From the NCBI GenBank assembly GCA_963719225.1, contig CAVRAY010000001.1, positions 1,280,001-1,344,000 of the forward strand: a stretch of DNA of 64,000 nt, written 5' to 3'. The translations under genes were made by a program, and so were the position numbers. Positions 1 to 9,984 of the stretch are shown here, piece after piece. Positions within the stretch are counted from its first letter, which is position 1. The number at the start of each line of letters is the position of its first letter. Source of the DNA: Thermoanaerobaculia bacterium. Lineage in GTDB: Bacteria; Acidobacteriota; Thermoanaerobaculia; UBA5066. The notes under the pieces are model-generated. The model saw only the letters and a program-made list of their open reading frames with translations, did no database searches and was not told the origin of the DNA.

Positions 1-177
1 GACGATCCGCTCCGCGTGCCGGTCCGCGTGGGAGACTCGCTCGAGGACGTCGAGCGCCGCCTCCTGGAGCGCACGCTCGCCGCGGTGGGCGGCAACAAGA
101 AGAAGGCCGCCGAGATCCTCCGCGTGAGCCTCAAAACCGTCTACAACAAGATCAAGCAATACAAGCTCGAGTCCTGA
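1..177 (+). CDS. C-terminal fragment of a sigma54-dependent Fis-family transcriptional activator (HTH_8)
   Basis: Frame 1 reads ...VGDSLEDVERRLLERTLAAVGGNKKKAAEILRVSLKTVYNKIKQYKLES*, a typical NtrC/Fis HTH tail; the gene runs off the window start. Confidence 0.85.
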   Translation, partial: DDPLRVPVRVGDSLEDVERRLLERTLAAVGGNKKKAAEILRVSLKTVYNKIKQYKLES

Positions 178-195
178 TCCCGGTCCGTTTCCGGA

Positions 196-3100
196 TCAGG
201 GGCCGGATGCGTATTGGCGCGCCACGCGCAGGAGCTCCGCGGGGACGAGGGGCTTCTTGAGAAAGCCCGCGTCGTTTCGCCGGGGAGGCGCGAATCCCGG
301 GGCCGCGATGCCCGACATGACGACGATCGGCAGCGAGGCGAGGGAGGGCTGCTCCTCGATCTTCCGTACGAACGACCAGCCGTTCATCCGCGGCATTTCG
401 AGGTCGACGAGGACGAGGCGCGGGCGGAGTCCGGCGTCGAGGTGCTGCAGAGCCTCGAAGCCGTCCTCGGCCCCGATTCCGCTGAAACCTTCGTCGTCGA
501 GAAGCCGGAGGATGCCGTCGCGCAGCGCGCGGTCGTCGTCCACGACGAGGACGTCCGGCTGGCTTCGCGGCGGAACGCTCTGGCTCCGTCGCCCGGCCCG
601 GCCGGTCGGGCGCCGCACGGTTGCGGCCGCCGCGGCCGTGCTTTCACGCGCCTGCGTCGCCGCGCCGAGGATGCCCTTGACCTCGTGAACACCTCCGTCG
701 TCCACGAGCGCCACGACGTTGCCCGGAATCGGCTTCCCGTCCACGGTGAGATCGCGAACGCCGGTCGTCCTTCCATCCGGATTCTCGATCCGGATCTTCC
801 AGACGGTGGTGCCGATCCGGAGAGAGACGGAATAGAAGGGCCAGGTCCCGGGGATCCGGGGGTTCAGCCTCAGCTCGGCGCCCCTGCGATTCAGGCCGAG
901 AAGGCTCTCCGTGGCGACGCGGTAGAGCCAGCCCGCCGAGCCGGTGTACCAGGTCCATCCCGCCCGACCGAGATGGGCGGGATGTGCCGCGACGTCTCCC
1001 GCCACCACGTACGGCTCCCCTCCGTAGCGGATCGCGGCGGCCTCGGTGCGCGTGTGGTTCACGGGATTCACCATGTGGAAGAGCTCCAGCGCCTCGTCGG
1101 CGGATCCCAGCGCCGCCGCCGCCATGACGACCCATGCGGCGGCGTGCGTGTACTGGCCGCCATTTTCGCGGATGCCCGGGGGATAGCCCTTGATGTAGCC
1201 GGGCTCTTCGGGACCGTGGTCGAACGGAGGGGTGAGAAGCGTGACGATCTCCGCGTCCCGTCTGACGAGCCGCGACCGTACGGCATCCATGGCTCGCTCG
1301 GCGCGGGCTGCCGGTGCCGCGCCGGAGAGCACCGCCCACGACTGGGCGATGGAGTCGATCTGGCCGTCCACGTTCCGGCGTGACCCGAGCGGGGCGCCGT
1401 CGTCGAACGTTCCACGCCGATACCACTCTCCGTCCCACGCGAGGTCGAGCGCGTGACGCAGGCGTTCGGCTTCGCTCCGATAGCGCGCGGCGCGCGCGGA
1501 ATCGCCGCGCGCCTCGCAGAGCGCGGCGAACGGAACGAGGATGGAAAACTGGAAAAAACCGAGCCAGACGCTCTCGCCCCGGCCCTGGGACCCCACCTCG
1601 TTCATGGCGTCGTTCCAGTCCCCCGTGCCGATCAAGGGGAGGCCCTGCGCTCCCGCCGTGAGAGCGGCGTCCATCGCGCGCGCCGCGTGGCCGAAGAGCG
1701 TGTCGCTCTCGGACGAGGTCGCCGGCTCGAGATACGACTCGCGCTCGCCTTCGGCGAGGAGAGGTGCCTCGAGATACGGAGCTCTCTCGTCCCAGACGGA
1801 GGCGTCGCCCGTGACCTCGACGTACCTCATCGCCGCCCACGGAAGCCAGAGGAGGTCGTCCGAGCAGCGCGTTCGCGTGCCGCGCCCGGATGGTTCGTGC
1901 CACCAGTGCTGGACGTCCCCCTCCCGAAACTGGCGGCCGGCGGCCCTGACGAGATGCCCACGTGCGAGATCGGGTCTGATGAGCACGAGCGAGGACACGT
2001 CCTGGAGCTGGTCCCGGAAGCCCCACGCCCCGCCGGGTTGGTAATAGCCCGTACGCGCGAAGACGCGCGAGGCGATCACCTGGCAAGGGAGCCATCGGTT
2101 CACGAGGAGATCGAGAGAGTCGTCGGGAGTCTCGACGACGAGCGCGTCGAGCGTCTCGTCCCAGAAGGATCGGACGCGCTCCCTCTCCCGGGCGGCCTCG
2201 TCCGGCATGGAGAAGCGGGCCGCGAGTCGACGGGCCTCCTCCTCGTCACTTCCCTGGCCGAGGAGGAAAGCGAGCGTCCTGGTTTCGCCCGGCGCGAGAT
2301 TCACGAAGACGTGCAGCGCCGCGCAGGGATCGAAACCGCCGCCCGTGCGGCCGGAAAGTCGGGCGCGGTGCGGACCTTCGGCCGACCGCAGGTTTCTGAG
2401 GGGCCCCAGAAACTCGCGCCGGTCCGCCGTGTAGGAAACGACGGGCTCGCTCGAAGCGAAGAAGGCGACGTGCCCGCTGAAGTCCGCGTTCGCCGGGTTG
2501 CGCGCCAGAATCGCGCGGACGTCCCCCGCGAAAGAGGTGACGACGTGTCGCGGCGCTTCGGGGCGCGGCGGGCCGAGAGCCCACGCGGCGTAGCCGAAGA
2601 TGGAGAGGCGGCGCGCCCGAGCGTTCGTGTTCTCGAGCGTGAGGAGCACGACCTTCACCGGTTCTTCGCGGGCGACGAACGTCTCCAGGGAGTGAGTGAT
2701 TCCCACCGTGGTTCGCCGGAAACGGGTCCGGCCCGCTTCGTGCGTCACGTGCCAGCGCGCCGTCCTATCCCGCGGGAGAGCTCCTGGCGTCGCGCCGAAG
2801 ACGTCGCGCGTCTCGTCGTCGCGCACGAAGACGGCCTCCGGCAGCGGGTCGCTCACCGGGTCGTTCGCGAAAGGCGTCAGGCGGTTTTCCCGGCTGTTTT
2901 CGGCCCAGGTGGTCACGGCGCCGGCTGTCGTCACCAGGGAGCCGAAGCGTGGATTCGCGAGGACGTTCGCCCAGGGGTGCGGCGTCTCGCGTGCCCCGTC
3001 GAGCACGATCTCGTAGGTGCGGCCGCCTTCGCCGAAGCCGCCGAAGCCGTTCGCCATCTTCAGGCCGGCCGGCTCCTCCTCCTCTTCTTCCGGGACGGTT

Positions 3101-6100
3101 CGTGGCCTCTGGGCGGGGGGCGAGGAAGGCTCCACGAGGAAGGGTGCGGCGCGGTCGAGCTGCATCGCGAGGCTCCCGTCGGTTCCGCGGAGAACCGCGC
3201 GCGCGTACGCGAGGAGCGCCCTGTGCTCGTCCGCGCTCAGGAGATCCACGCGCAGGAGGAAGACTCCGCCGCTCTGGCCCGCGCGCGATGCCCAGGGACC
3301 GTGCTCGACGAGAAGCGTGAGGAGGTCGTGCACCTCCTTGCGATAACCCTCCTCGTGCTCGTTCAGGAGGATCAGGTCCGCCGCGAGACCCTTGAGGCGC
3401 CAGTACTCCTGTGCCTCGAGGGCCTGCCGCGCCAGGGCGAGGTCCTGCGCGCGCTCGATGCGCACGGTGAGAAGGGGCAGGTCGCCCGAGATCCCGTGAC
3501 GCCAGAGCGCCGAAACGTCGAGCGTGTTGGCCTCGTGGACCTCGGGTGGCGCGGCGAGCGTCCGATCCGAGCCCACGACCCTCGAGGCCAGCCTCTCGAA
3601 GAGACGCGCTTCCTCGGGCGTCAGGCCGAGATGCCGGACCGCGACCTGCGCATGCGTTCGCGCGAGCGCGAGGGCGCGCACTCCGGCGGAAGGGTCGTGG
3701 TATTTCTGGGCGAAGGCGAGCGCGCCCTCGCGCGTGTCCGCGACGCCCGTCGTGAACGTGAGGCGCGCGATCGCGCCCGGCGCGAGCCGCACACGCTGCC
3801 TCAGGCTGAGAATCGGGTCGAGCACCGTGCCCGTGGTTCCCGTGAGCGCCCGGCTCTCCATCGCCTCCGGATCCGACCCGTCGCGTCCGCGCCCGTAGAA
3901 GCGCGCGCGGTCGGTCTCCCATTCCAGAGGTCCCTGCGGCCGTGCCGCGACCGCGAGGACGTGGACGGCGAAGACCGCCTTCTCGCCGGCCGCCCGCGGG
4001 CGGCGCGCGCAGAGGAGAGCCGAGTCCGAGGAAACCGCTTCCGTCTCGAGGAAGAGCTTGCCGAAGGCGGGATGCGCGACGTCGTCCTGCGCTTTCGCGA
4101 GCGCGATCTCGACGGCGCTCGTCGCCTCGATCTCGCGCGTCGTGCCGCTCAGATTCGTGAGCGTCAGACGGCGGACCTCGACGTCGTCCTCCGGGGAGAC
4201 CGCGATCTCGAGCAGCGACTCGATCTCCGCGTCGCGCCGCCGGAACGACGCGAGCTCCGGAAGAAACGTGACCCGGTAGAGCTCGGGCTCGTGCCGCGTG
4301 GGGGCATACGTGGCAGACCAGACGACGCCGCTGCGCACGTCGCGAAGGTAGAGAGCGTTGGAGACAGGATCGGAAGTGGGATCCTCGCGGTGGCGCGCGA
4401 CCGAGAGGCCGCGCCAGAAGCTCGCGCCTCCGCCCGCCTGTGTGACCGCGGAGACGAGGCTGCCGTTGGAGAGGTACTGGGTGACCGGAAACGGCTGGAG
4501 GGGAGAGCGATGGAGGCGCGGCGCCGCGGCCGGCGAGGTCGGCAGCGGAAGGACCTCCTCTTCCGTGGGGCGCGGCTGGGGCACCGGGGCTTCGCGGGGC
4601 GGACGTTCCTGGAGCAGGAGCTCGGTCGCGCGGACGCGAGGATCGGCATGGAAGCGCCTCACCATCACGTCGTCGAGAAGCACGTTCGCGAACGCGACGA
4701 GGCTCATGCCCTGGTGGTGCGCGAATACCGTGCGGACGACGACGCCGCGACCGTCCGCCGTACGCTGGAGGGCGTGAGGCTCGGCCGGGGCGTCTCCCTC
4801 CGTGTAATCGACCGCATCCCAGAAGCCCCACGGGCCTTCGGCGCCGGCGGCCGAGAATGCGCGCAGGTTCCTCACGGCTTTCACGGGCTGGAAGAGGGCT
4901 GCGAGCGCGGAGGCGTAGGGCGCCACGACGAGGTCCTCGTCGAGGCCCCGGCGAAAGCCGAGCCCGGGGACGCCGAAGGCCCGGTACTGGTGCTCGCCCA
5001 CGAGGTCCGTGACGCGAAACGCGGACTCGGAGGCTCCCCAGGGCACGCCGTGCGCGCGGCCCCACTCCTCCTGACGGCGGATCGCCATCCGGCACGAGGC
5101 GTCGAGGAGAGTCTCCCGATAAGTGCGCGTGAACAGGAGAGGCATCAGATACTCGAACATCGAGCCGCTCCAGGACAGGAGCGTGGGAATCCCGTGCAGG
5201 TTGACGGCGAGGCGCCCGAGCCGGAACCAGTGGCTCTGCGGAACGTCGCCCTTGGCGATGGCGAGGAAGCTCGTGAGCCGCGCCTCCGAGGCGAGAAGGT
5301 CGTAGAACGTCTCGTCGCGTTTCACCGTGTCGTGGATCCCGGGGCGGCAGCCGGTCACGAAGAGTCCCCGCGAGGCGTTGTAGAGGGGGCGAAAGTCCAT
5401 GCCGTCGGCCAGCGCCAGGGCTCGACGGGCGAGGTCCTCCGCGTGAACCCGGTCCTTCTCGGCCGTGAGCTCGCGGAGGCCGTGAGCGAGCACGAGAAGA
5501 CAGGCGGCCAGGTTTCCGCTGTCGACCGTCGAAACATATCGGGGCTCGAGCGGCTCGAGCGTCCGCGTGTCGTACCAGTTCAGGACGTGCCCTCTCCAGC
5601 GCTCGAGACCCTCGACCGTGCGAAGAGTCCGATCGAGTCGCGCGAGGAGGCGGTCCGTCTCGAGCCAGCCGAAGTCGTGGGCGGCGAGGTCCGCGAGCAG
5701 TGCGAGCCCGATGTTCGTGGGGGAAGTCCGCGGCGCGATCAACGGAGGACTCTCGTCCCGTTCGGCGGCGAGATTGTCCGGGACGAGACCGTTCGGGTCC
5801 CCGTGGACGAGCTCCTCGAAGTAGCCCCACGTCTTCCGCGCGGTCTCGAGGAGGAAATCCCGGTCGTCCGACGGAAGCGTCTCGCGGCCGAACGGCGCCG
5901 CGTGGCTGAGCCACCAAGCGAGGACGGGGCTGAATGCCCAGAGGACGAGCAAGGGCGCCGCGAGGGGCAGGGCCGAAGGCCGAATGGCGGCCACCAGGAG
6001 AGCGAGGAGCGTCGCCGAGAGCGGGCTCGAGATCATCTCGCCGAAGAACGAACGCGGTCCCCCCGTGGCGAGGAGCCCGGCGGCGCGCGCCGCGGCCTTG

Positions 6101-8793
6101 GCGAAGGTCTCCCACTCGAGGAGCCGCCGCCCCGTGACGACGAGGCGCACGAGCGTGAGAACGATCGCGTGAACGGATTCGAACGCATAGTGGGGCAGGA
6201 ACGCGAGACCCACGAGCGTCTGGGAGACGGCGGTCTCGAGGTCCCCGGAGAGCTCCCGCGCGAACGCGAAGACCGGTTGCTGCGGGCGCGGGCCCGCGAG
6301 CACGGATCGCAGGACCGCCACGATGGGAAGGGCCAGCACCGACAGCGCGAGGAGCACCCACACGAGGGGATTGCCGGGGAGGACGGTGAGACCGGTGGCG
6401 AAGAGCGCGAGCAGCGCCGGCGGCAGGAGGCTTCGCCTCAGGTTGTCGAGGATCTTCCATTGCGCGATGAGCGGCAGGCGATTGCGTTCCAGCCCGAGCG
6501 GCGTCGGGACGAGCGGAAGGAGCCAGCGCAGGATCTGCCAGTCGCCTCGCACCCAGCGGTGCTGCCGCCGTGCGTGAGCGAGGACGTTGCTCGGGTAATC
6601 GTCGACGACCTCCACGTCCGTCACGAGCGCGGTGCGCGCGTGCAGACCCTCGAACAGGTCGTGCGACAAGAGGGAATTCTCGGGCACGCGGCCCTCGAGG
6701 GCCGTCTGGAAGGCGTCGACGTCGTACAGGCCCTTGCCGGCGAAGACTCCCTCCCCGAAGAGATCCTGGTAGGTATCAGAGACCGCGGTCGTGTACGGGT
6801 CGACGCCCGTGTGGCCCGAGAAGACGCGCGCGAACCGGGACGCCGCCGCGCTCGTCGTCGCGATGCTCACGCGGGGCTGAAGGACGCCGTAGCCCTCCGT
6901 CACGCGGCGGGTCTTGGAATCGACGCGGGGCCGGTTCAGGGGATGCTCGAGGATGCCGACGAGCGTGCGGGCCGTGTCCCGCGGAAGGCGCGTGTCGCTG
7001 TCGAGCGTGAGGACGTAACGCACGGAAGGCAGGAGCGAGAGATTACCCAGCTGAAGCCCGAAGCTCGTGTCGGTCGCGCCGCGCAGCAGGCGATTGAGCT
7101 CCTCGAGCTTTCCTCGCTTCCTCTCCCAGCCCATCCACAGCCCCTCGGACGGGTTCCAGCGCCGTACGCGGTGAAAGAGAAAGAACCGGTCCGCTCCATG
7201 CGTGGCGTTGAGGGCGGCGATTCCGCGCGAGGCGGCTTCGAGGATCGCGTCGTCCTCTGGTTCCGTCGCCTCGACGGCGTCGGCGAAATCGGACAGGATC
7301 GCGAAGTGCACGCGGGGGTCCGGATTGGCGAGAGCCTGGACCTCGAGATGGCGAAGCATGGGCTCGACGGCCGCGACTCCTTCGAACAGCGTCGGAAAGA
7401 CGACGAGCGTCCGGGCGCCTTCGGGGACGCCGTCCCGCACGTCGAGCCGCGGAAGGCGCCGCGGCGGGATCAGCGCGTCGACGCATCTCTGGACGAGGAA
7501 GACGGCGATCTCCGAGACGGGCAGCGCCGCGAGCGCGAAAGCCCACATCTCGACTCCGGGCGCGACGCCGGCCGCGCGCGCGTACGCGGAGACGGCCGCG
7601 AGCCCGGCTGCCGTCAAAGCGAAGATGCTTCCGAGATAGAGCACCGCCGCATGGCGGAAGAACGCACGCCTCAGGCGTGCGATCGGCCCGCGTCGCCCTC
7701 CGACGTCCCTTTCGAACTCGGGGCGGCCGGGTCCGACCAGGAACCATCCGACGTGCGCCTCGCGAGGATCCGTTCCCGGCGAGGTTTCCCGGGCGCGGGC
7801 CGCGGCCCGCCGGGCCACCCGCACCTGATCCTCCCCGCTCGAGGCCGCGAGCTTCTCGATCGCGTGGCGATAGCGGTCGCGCGTCAGGAAGTCCATGCGC
7901 CCGTAGGCGCCGCCCGGGTCGTAACGGAGCGCCTCCTCGACGAGGCTCACGCGCTCCACGAAGGGACCCCAATCGAGCGTTCCGCAGAGCCTCAGAGCGG
8001 AGACCGCGTTCGCGATCGAGACCTGCAGCCCCGCTTGCCGCTGGTTCTCGGCACGGACCGCGTCCTCGAGCGTCTGGCCTCGAGCACGGAGCCGCTCGGC
8101 CACGGCGGAGACGAGCTCGCTGGCGCTCGCGCCGTATTCCCGGGCGCGCTGGAGGAGACGCGCCGCGAACGCCGGCGCCGGCGGGTCGGGGAGGAGGAGC
8201 TCTCGCGTGGAGGGAGCGCGCGCGAGAAGGGCGTCGGCACGGAGCCTGTCCGCGCGGATCGCGAGGAGCTCGTCCGCGAGGCCGCGCAGGTGGTCCACGA
8301 GGGCGGCACGTAGAAGGCTCGGCCAGGCCCAGAGCTCGGCGAGCGTGAGAGGCGTAACCGTCTGGAAAGCCGCGAGAAAACGCTCGAGCCGCTCCGCGTC
8401 GAGCCGGGCGTCGCTCTGCGAAACGATGTCCCAGGCGAGCGCCTCGATCCGAGCCGCGCCACCATGCTCTGCTCCGGCGAGGCGTGGCAGTTTTCGGTTG
8501 TACGCGCGAGGCAGGTCGTGCCGCACGCCGCGCACCTCCGCTTCGAGGAGATGGAAGTTGTCGAGCAGCCACGCGACCGCCGGCGTGACCGCTTCACCGG
8601 CGCGCACGTCGGAGGCGAGGACGCCGTACGCCCGTCGAAGCGCCGGAAGATTCGAGTCGAGGCGCGCCAGCACGTGACGTCCGCCGCCTCGAGGGAGGAC
8701 CGTCCATGCAGCGCCGAGCGAGCGGGCATGTTCCTCGAGGCGGTCGAGGGGCAGAAATTCTCCCAACCCACCGCGCGGGTGCTCTCCGCTCAT
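196..8793 (-). CDS. ndvB: Cyclic beta-1,2-glucan synthase (Cgs/NdvB/ChvB type, GT84 + GH94) with C-terminal response-regulator receiver domain
   Basis: Motifs WMGWERKRGKL, LTLDSDT, GKGLYDV, SHDLFEG, RQHRWVRGDWQ, GFRDQLQD, GDWND and ENGGQYTHAA; REC domain VLVVDDD...VLVDLEMP...FLKKP at the C-terminus. ATG 8793 chosen because a sigma54 promoter overlaps the ORF-track GTG start at 8817. Confidence 0.92.
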   Translation of the reverse strand: MSGEHPRGGLGEFLPLDRLEEHARSLGAAWTVLPRGGGRHVLARLDSNLPALRRAYGVLASDVRAGEAVTPAVAWLLDNFHLLEAEVRGVRHDLPRAYNRKLPRLAGAEHGGAARIEALAWDIVSQSDARLDAERLERFLAAFQTVTPLTLAELWAWPSLLRAALVDHLRGLADELLAIRADRLRADALLARAPSTRELLLPDPPAPAFAARLLQRAREYGASASELVSAVAERLRARGQTLEDAVRAENQRQAGLQVSIANAVSALRLCGTLDWGPFVERVSLVEEALRYDPGGAYGRMDFLTRDRYRHAIEKLAASSGEDQVRVARRAAARARETSPGTDPREAHVGWFLVGPGRPEFERDVGGRRGPIARLRRAFFRHAAVLYLGSIFALTAAGLAAVSAYARAAGVAPGVEMWAFALAALPVSEIAVFLVQRCVDALIPPRRLPRLDVRDGVPEGARTLVVFPTLFEGVAAVEPMLRHLEVQALANPDPRVHFAILSDFADAVEATEPEDDAILEAASRGIAALNATHGADRFFLFHRVRRWNPSEGLWMGWERKRGKLEELNRLLRGATDTSFGLQLGNLSLLPSVRYVLTLDSDTRLPRDTARTLVGILEHPLNRPRVDSKTRRVTEGYGVLQPRVSIATTSAAASRFARVFSGHTGVDPYTTAVSDTYQDLFGEGVFAGKGLYDVDAFQTALEGRVPENSLLSHDLFEGLHARTALVTDVEVVDDYPSNVLAHARRQHRWVRGDWQILRWLLPLVPTPLGLERNRLPLIAQWKILDNLRRSLLPPALLALFATGLTVLPGNPLVWVLLALSVLALPIVAVLRSVLAGPRPQQPVFAFARELSGDLETAVSQTLVGLAFLPHYAFESVHAIVLTLVRLVVTGRRLLEWETFAKAAARAAGLLATGGPRSFFGEMISSPLSATLLALLVAAIRPSALPLAAPLLVLWAFSPVLAWWLSHAAPFGRETLPSDDRDFLLETARKTWGYFEELVHGDPNGLVPDNLAAERDESPPLIAPRTSPTNIGLALLADLAAHDFGWLETDRLLARLDRTLRTVEGLERWRGHVLNWYDTRTLEPLEPRYVSTVDSGNLAACLLVLAHGLRELTAEKDRVHAEDLARRALALADGMDFRPLYNASRGLFVTGCRPGIHDTVKRDETFYDLLASEARLTSFLAIAKGDVPQSHWFRLGRLAVNLHGIPTLLSWSGSMFEYLMPLLFTRTYRETLLDASCRMAIRRQEEWGRAHGVPWGASESAFRVTDLVGEHQYRAFGVPGLGFRRGLDEDLVVAPYASALAALFQPVKAVRNLRAFSAAGAEGPWGFWDAVDYTEGDAPAEPHALQRTADGRGVVVRTVFAHHQGMSLVAFANVLLDDVMVRRFHADPRVRATELLLQERPPREAPVPQPRPTEEEVLPLPTSPAAAPRLHRSPLQPFPVTQYLSNGSLVSAVTQAGGGASFWRGLSVARHREDPTSDPVSNALYLRDVRSGVVWSATYAPTRHEPELYRVTFLPELASFRRRDAEIESLLEIAVSPEDDVEVRRLTLTNLSGTTREIEATSAVEIALAKAQDDVAHPAFGKLFLETEAVSSDSALLCARRPRAAGEKAVFAVHVLAVAARPQGPLEWETDRARFYGRGRDGSDPEAMESRALTGTTGTVLDPILSLRQRVRLAPGAIARLTFTTGVADTREGALAFAQKYHDPSAGVRALALARTHAQVAVRHLGLTPEEARLFERLASRVVGSDRTLAAPPEVHEANTLDVSALWRHGISGDLPLLTVRIERAQDLALARQALEAQEYWRLKGLAADLILLNEHEEGYRKEVHDLLTLLVEHGPWASRAGQSGGVFLLRVDLLSADEHRALLAYARAVLRGTDGSLAMQLDRAAPFLVEPSSPPAQRPRTVPEEEEEEPAGLKMANGFGGFGEGGRTYEIVLDGARETPHPWANVLANPRFGSLVTTAGAVTTWAENSRENRLTPFANDPVSDPLPEAVFVRDDETRDVFGATPGALPRDRTARWHVTHEAGRTRFRRTTVGITHSLETFVAREEPVKVVLLTLENTNARARRLSIFGYAAWALGPPRPEAPRHVVTSFAGDVRAILARNPANADFSGHVAFFASSEPVVSYTADRREFLGPLRNLRSAEGPHRARLSGRTGGGFDPCAALHVFVNLAPGETRTLAFLLGQGSDEEEARRLAARFSMPDEAARERERVRSFWDETLDALVVETPDDSLDLLVNRWLPCQVIASRVFARTGYYQPGGAWGFRDQLQDVSSLVLIRPDLARGHLVRAAGRQFREGDVQHWWHEPSGRGTRTRCSDDLLWLPWAAMRYVEVTGDASVWDERAPYLEAPLLAEGERESYLEPATSSESDTLFGHAARAMDAALTAGAQGLPLIGTGDWNDAMNEVGSQGRGESVWLGFFQFSILVPFAALCEARGDSARAARYRSEAERLRHALDLAWDGEWYRRGTFDDGAPLGSRRNVDGQIDSIAQSWAVLSGAAPAARAERAMDAVRSRLVRRDAEIVTLLTPPFDHGPEEPGYIKGYPPGIRENGGQYTHAAAWVVMAAAALGSADEALELFHMVNPVNHTRTEAAAIRYGGEPYVVAGDVAAHPAHLGRAGWTWYTGSAGWLYRVATESLLGLNRRGAELRLNPRIPGTWPFYSVSLRIGTTVWKIRIENPDGRTTGVRDLTVDGKPIPGNVVALVDDGGVHEVKGILGAATQARESTAAAAATVRRPTGRAGRRSQSVPPRSQPDVLVVDDDRALRDGILRLLDDEGFSGIGAEDGFEALQHLDAGLRPRLVLVDLEMPRMNGWSFVRKIEEQPSLASLPIVVMSGIAAPGFAPPRRNDAGFLKKPLVPAELLRVARQYASGP

Positions 8794-8805
8794 CCCCAAC
8801 GCCGT

Positions 8806-8821
8806 CGCAAGCTCCACGCCA
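8806..8821 (-). promoter_or_regulatory. sigma54 -24/-12 promoter of the glucan synthase gene
   Basis: TGGCGTG-GAGC-TTGCG on the minus strand; predicted +1 lies about 2 nt before ATG 8793. Confidence 0.7.
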
Positions 8822-8889
8822 CGTTTCGGGTCCCGCTTTCGCCTCCGCGTCGAGTGGAATTTGGAAAAGTTTCAACCGGAAAGGAGGCG

Positions 8890-8910
8890 ATTGGCGATAA
8901 TCTCGCCAAT
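8890..8910. promoter_or_regulatory. Palindrome ATTGGCGA-N5-TCGCCAAT, candidate operator or enhancer between divergent genes
   Basis: Perfect 8-bp inverted repeat immediately upstream of the desaturase start. Confidence 0.4.
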
Positions 8911-8912
8911 TC

Positions 8913-9938
8913 GTGGCAACGATTCCGGGAACGACGACGATTCCAGCGACCGCAACGCCGGCGCGGGAGGACTTTCACTTCTCCCGGGAGCGCGAGCCGC
9001 ATGCCCAGCGGGCCCGCGAGATCCTGCGCCGCCATGCCGAGATTCGTTCCTGTGCGGGACGAAACGCGTGGAGTGCTCTTCTCGTGGCCCTTCTCGTCTT
9101 GCTGCAAACTTCGTTGGCCGCGCTAGTGTCCCATCTTCCGATCTGGGCGGCTCTCCTCGTCGCGTTCCTCGTGGGGGCCTTCCTGGATCACACCCTCTGG
9201 GTGCTGATCCACGAGTGCTCTCACAACCTCGTGTTCCGCCGTGCGTCCTGGAATCGCCTGGCCGCCATCCTCGCGAATCTTCCGCACGTCCTGCCGAGCG
9301 CCATCTCGTTCCAGACCTACCACCTGAAGCACCACGCGTATCAGGGCGTCTACGAGCTGGACGCGGACATCCCGAGTCGCTGGGAAGCGCGCCTCGTCGG
9401 CCATTCCGCGCTCATGAAGGCGTTGTGGCTCCTCTTGTTTCCGATCTTCCAGGTCACCCGGCCTCCGCGCCTCCGCGAGATCACCCTTTTCGGTCCGTGG
9501 GTGTTCGCGAACATCGGGGTGCAGGTCGCCTACGACGTCGCGGTGTGGATGGCGCTCGGCCCCAAGGCTCTCCTGTATCTCACCGTCTCGTTCTTCTTCT
9601 CGGTCGGCCTGCATCCGCTCGGAGCGCGCTGGATCCAGGAGCACTACCTCGTCTTCGAGGAGCAGGAGACGTCGAGCTACTACGGCCCGCTGAACGCCGT
9701 CGCGCTGAACGTCGGACATCACAACGAGCACCACGACTTTCCGTCCGTGCCGTGGAACCGGCTTCCGGCGATTCGGCGCGCCGTGCCCGAGGTGTACGAC
9801 GCCCTTCCCTCGCACCGATCGTGGACGCGGCTGCTGCTGCGGTTCGTTTTCGACCGCAAGCTCTCGCTGTTCAGCCGCACGATCCGCTCCGAACGCGGTC
9901 CCAAAGCGCCTCCCCAGGGCGATCCGGCCGCGTCCTGA
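8913..9938 (+). CDS. Fatty acid desaturase, sphingolipid delta-4 desaturase (DEGS/DES1)-like
   Basis: Three His boxes HECSH, HLKHH and HNEHH; N-terminal REDF...EPHAQRAREILRRH motif like DEGS1; GLHPLGARWIQEHY. Confidence 0.85.
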   Translation: MATIPGTTTIPATATPAREDFHFSREREPHAQRAREILRRHAEIRSCAGRNAWSALLVALLVLLQTSLAALVSHLPIWAALLVAFLVGAFLDHTLWVLIHECSHNLVFRRASWNRLAAILANLPHVLPSAISFQTYHLKHHAYQGVYELDADIPSRWEARLVGHSALMKALWLLLFPIFQVTRPPRLREITLFGPWVFANIGVQVAYDVAVWMALGPKALLYLTVSFFFSVGLHPLGARWIQEHYLVFEEQETSSYYGPLNAVALNVGHHNEHHDFPSVPWNRLPAIRRAVPEVYDALPSHRSWTRLLLRFVFDRKLSLFSRTIRSERGPKAPPQGDPAAS

Positions 9939-9947
9939 AATATCTGC

Positions 9948-9963
9948 TGGCACGGGCCCTGCT
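9948..9963 (+). promoter_or_regulatory. sigma54 promoter
   Basis: TGGCACG-GGCC-CTGCT upstream of AGGAG RBS and ATG 9985. Confidence 0.7.
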
Positions 9964-9984
9964 CTGACGAGGCAGGAGGAGACC

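Noticed and set aside
1453-8313. 2286-aa ORF on the + strand
   Set aside because: Antisense shadow of the glucan synthase; stop-poor frame due to high GC; no recognisable motifs. The same applies to most other long overlapping ORFs in the track.
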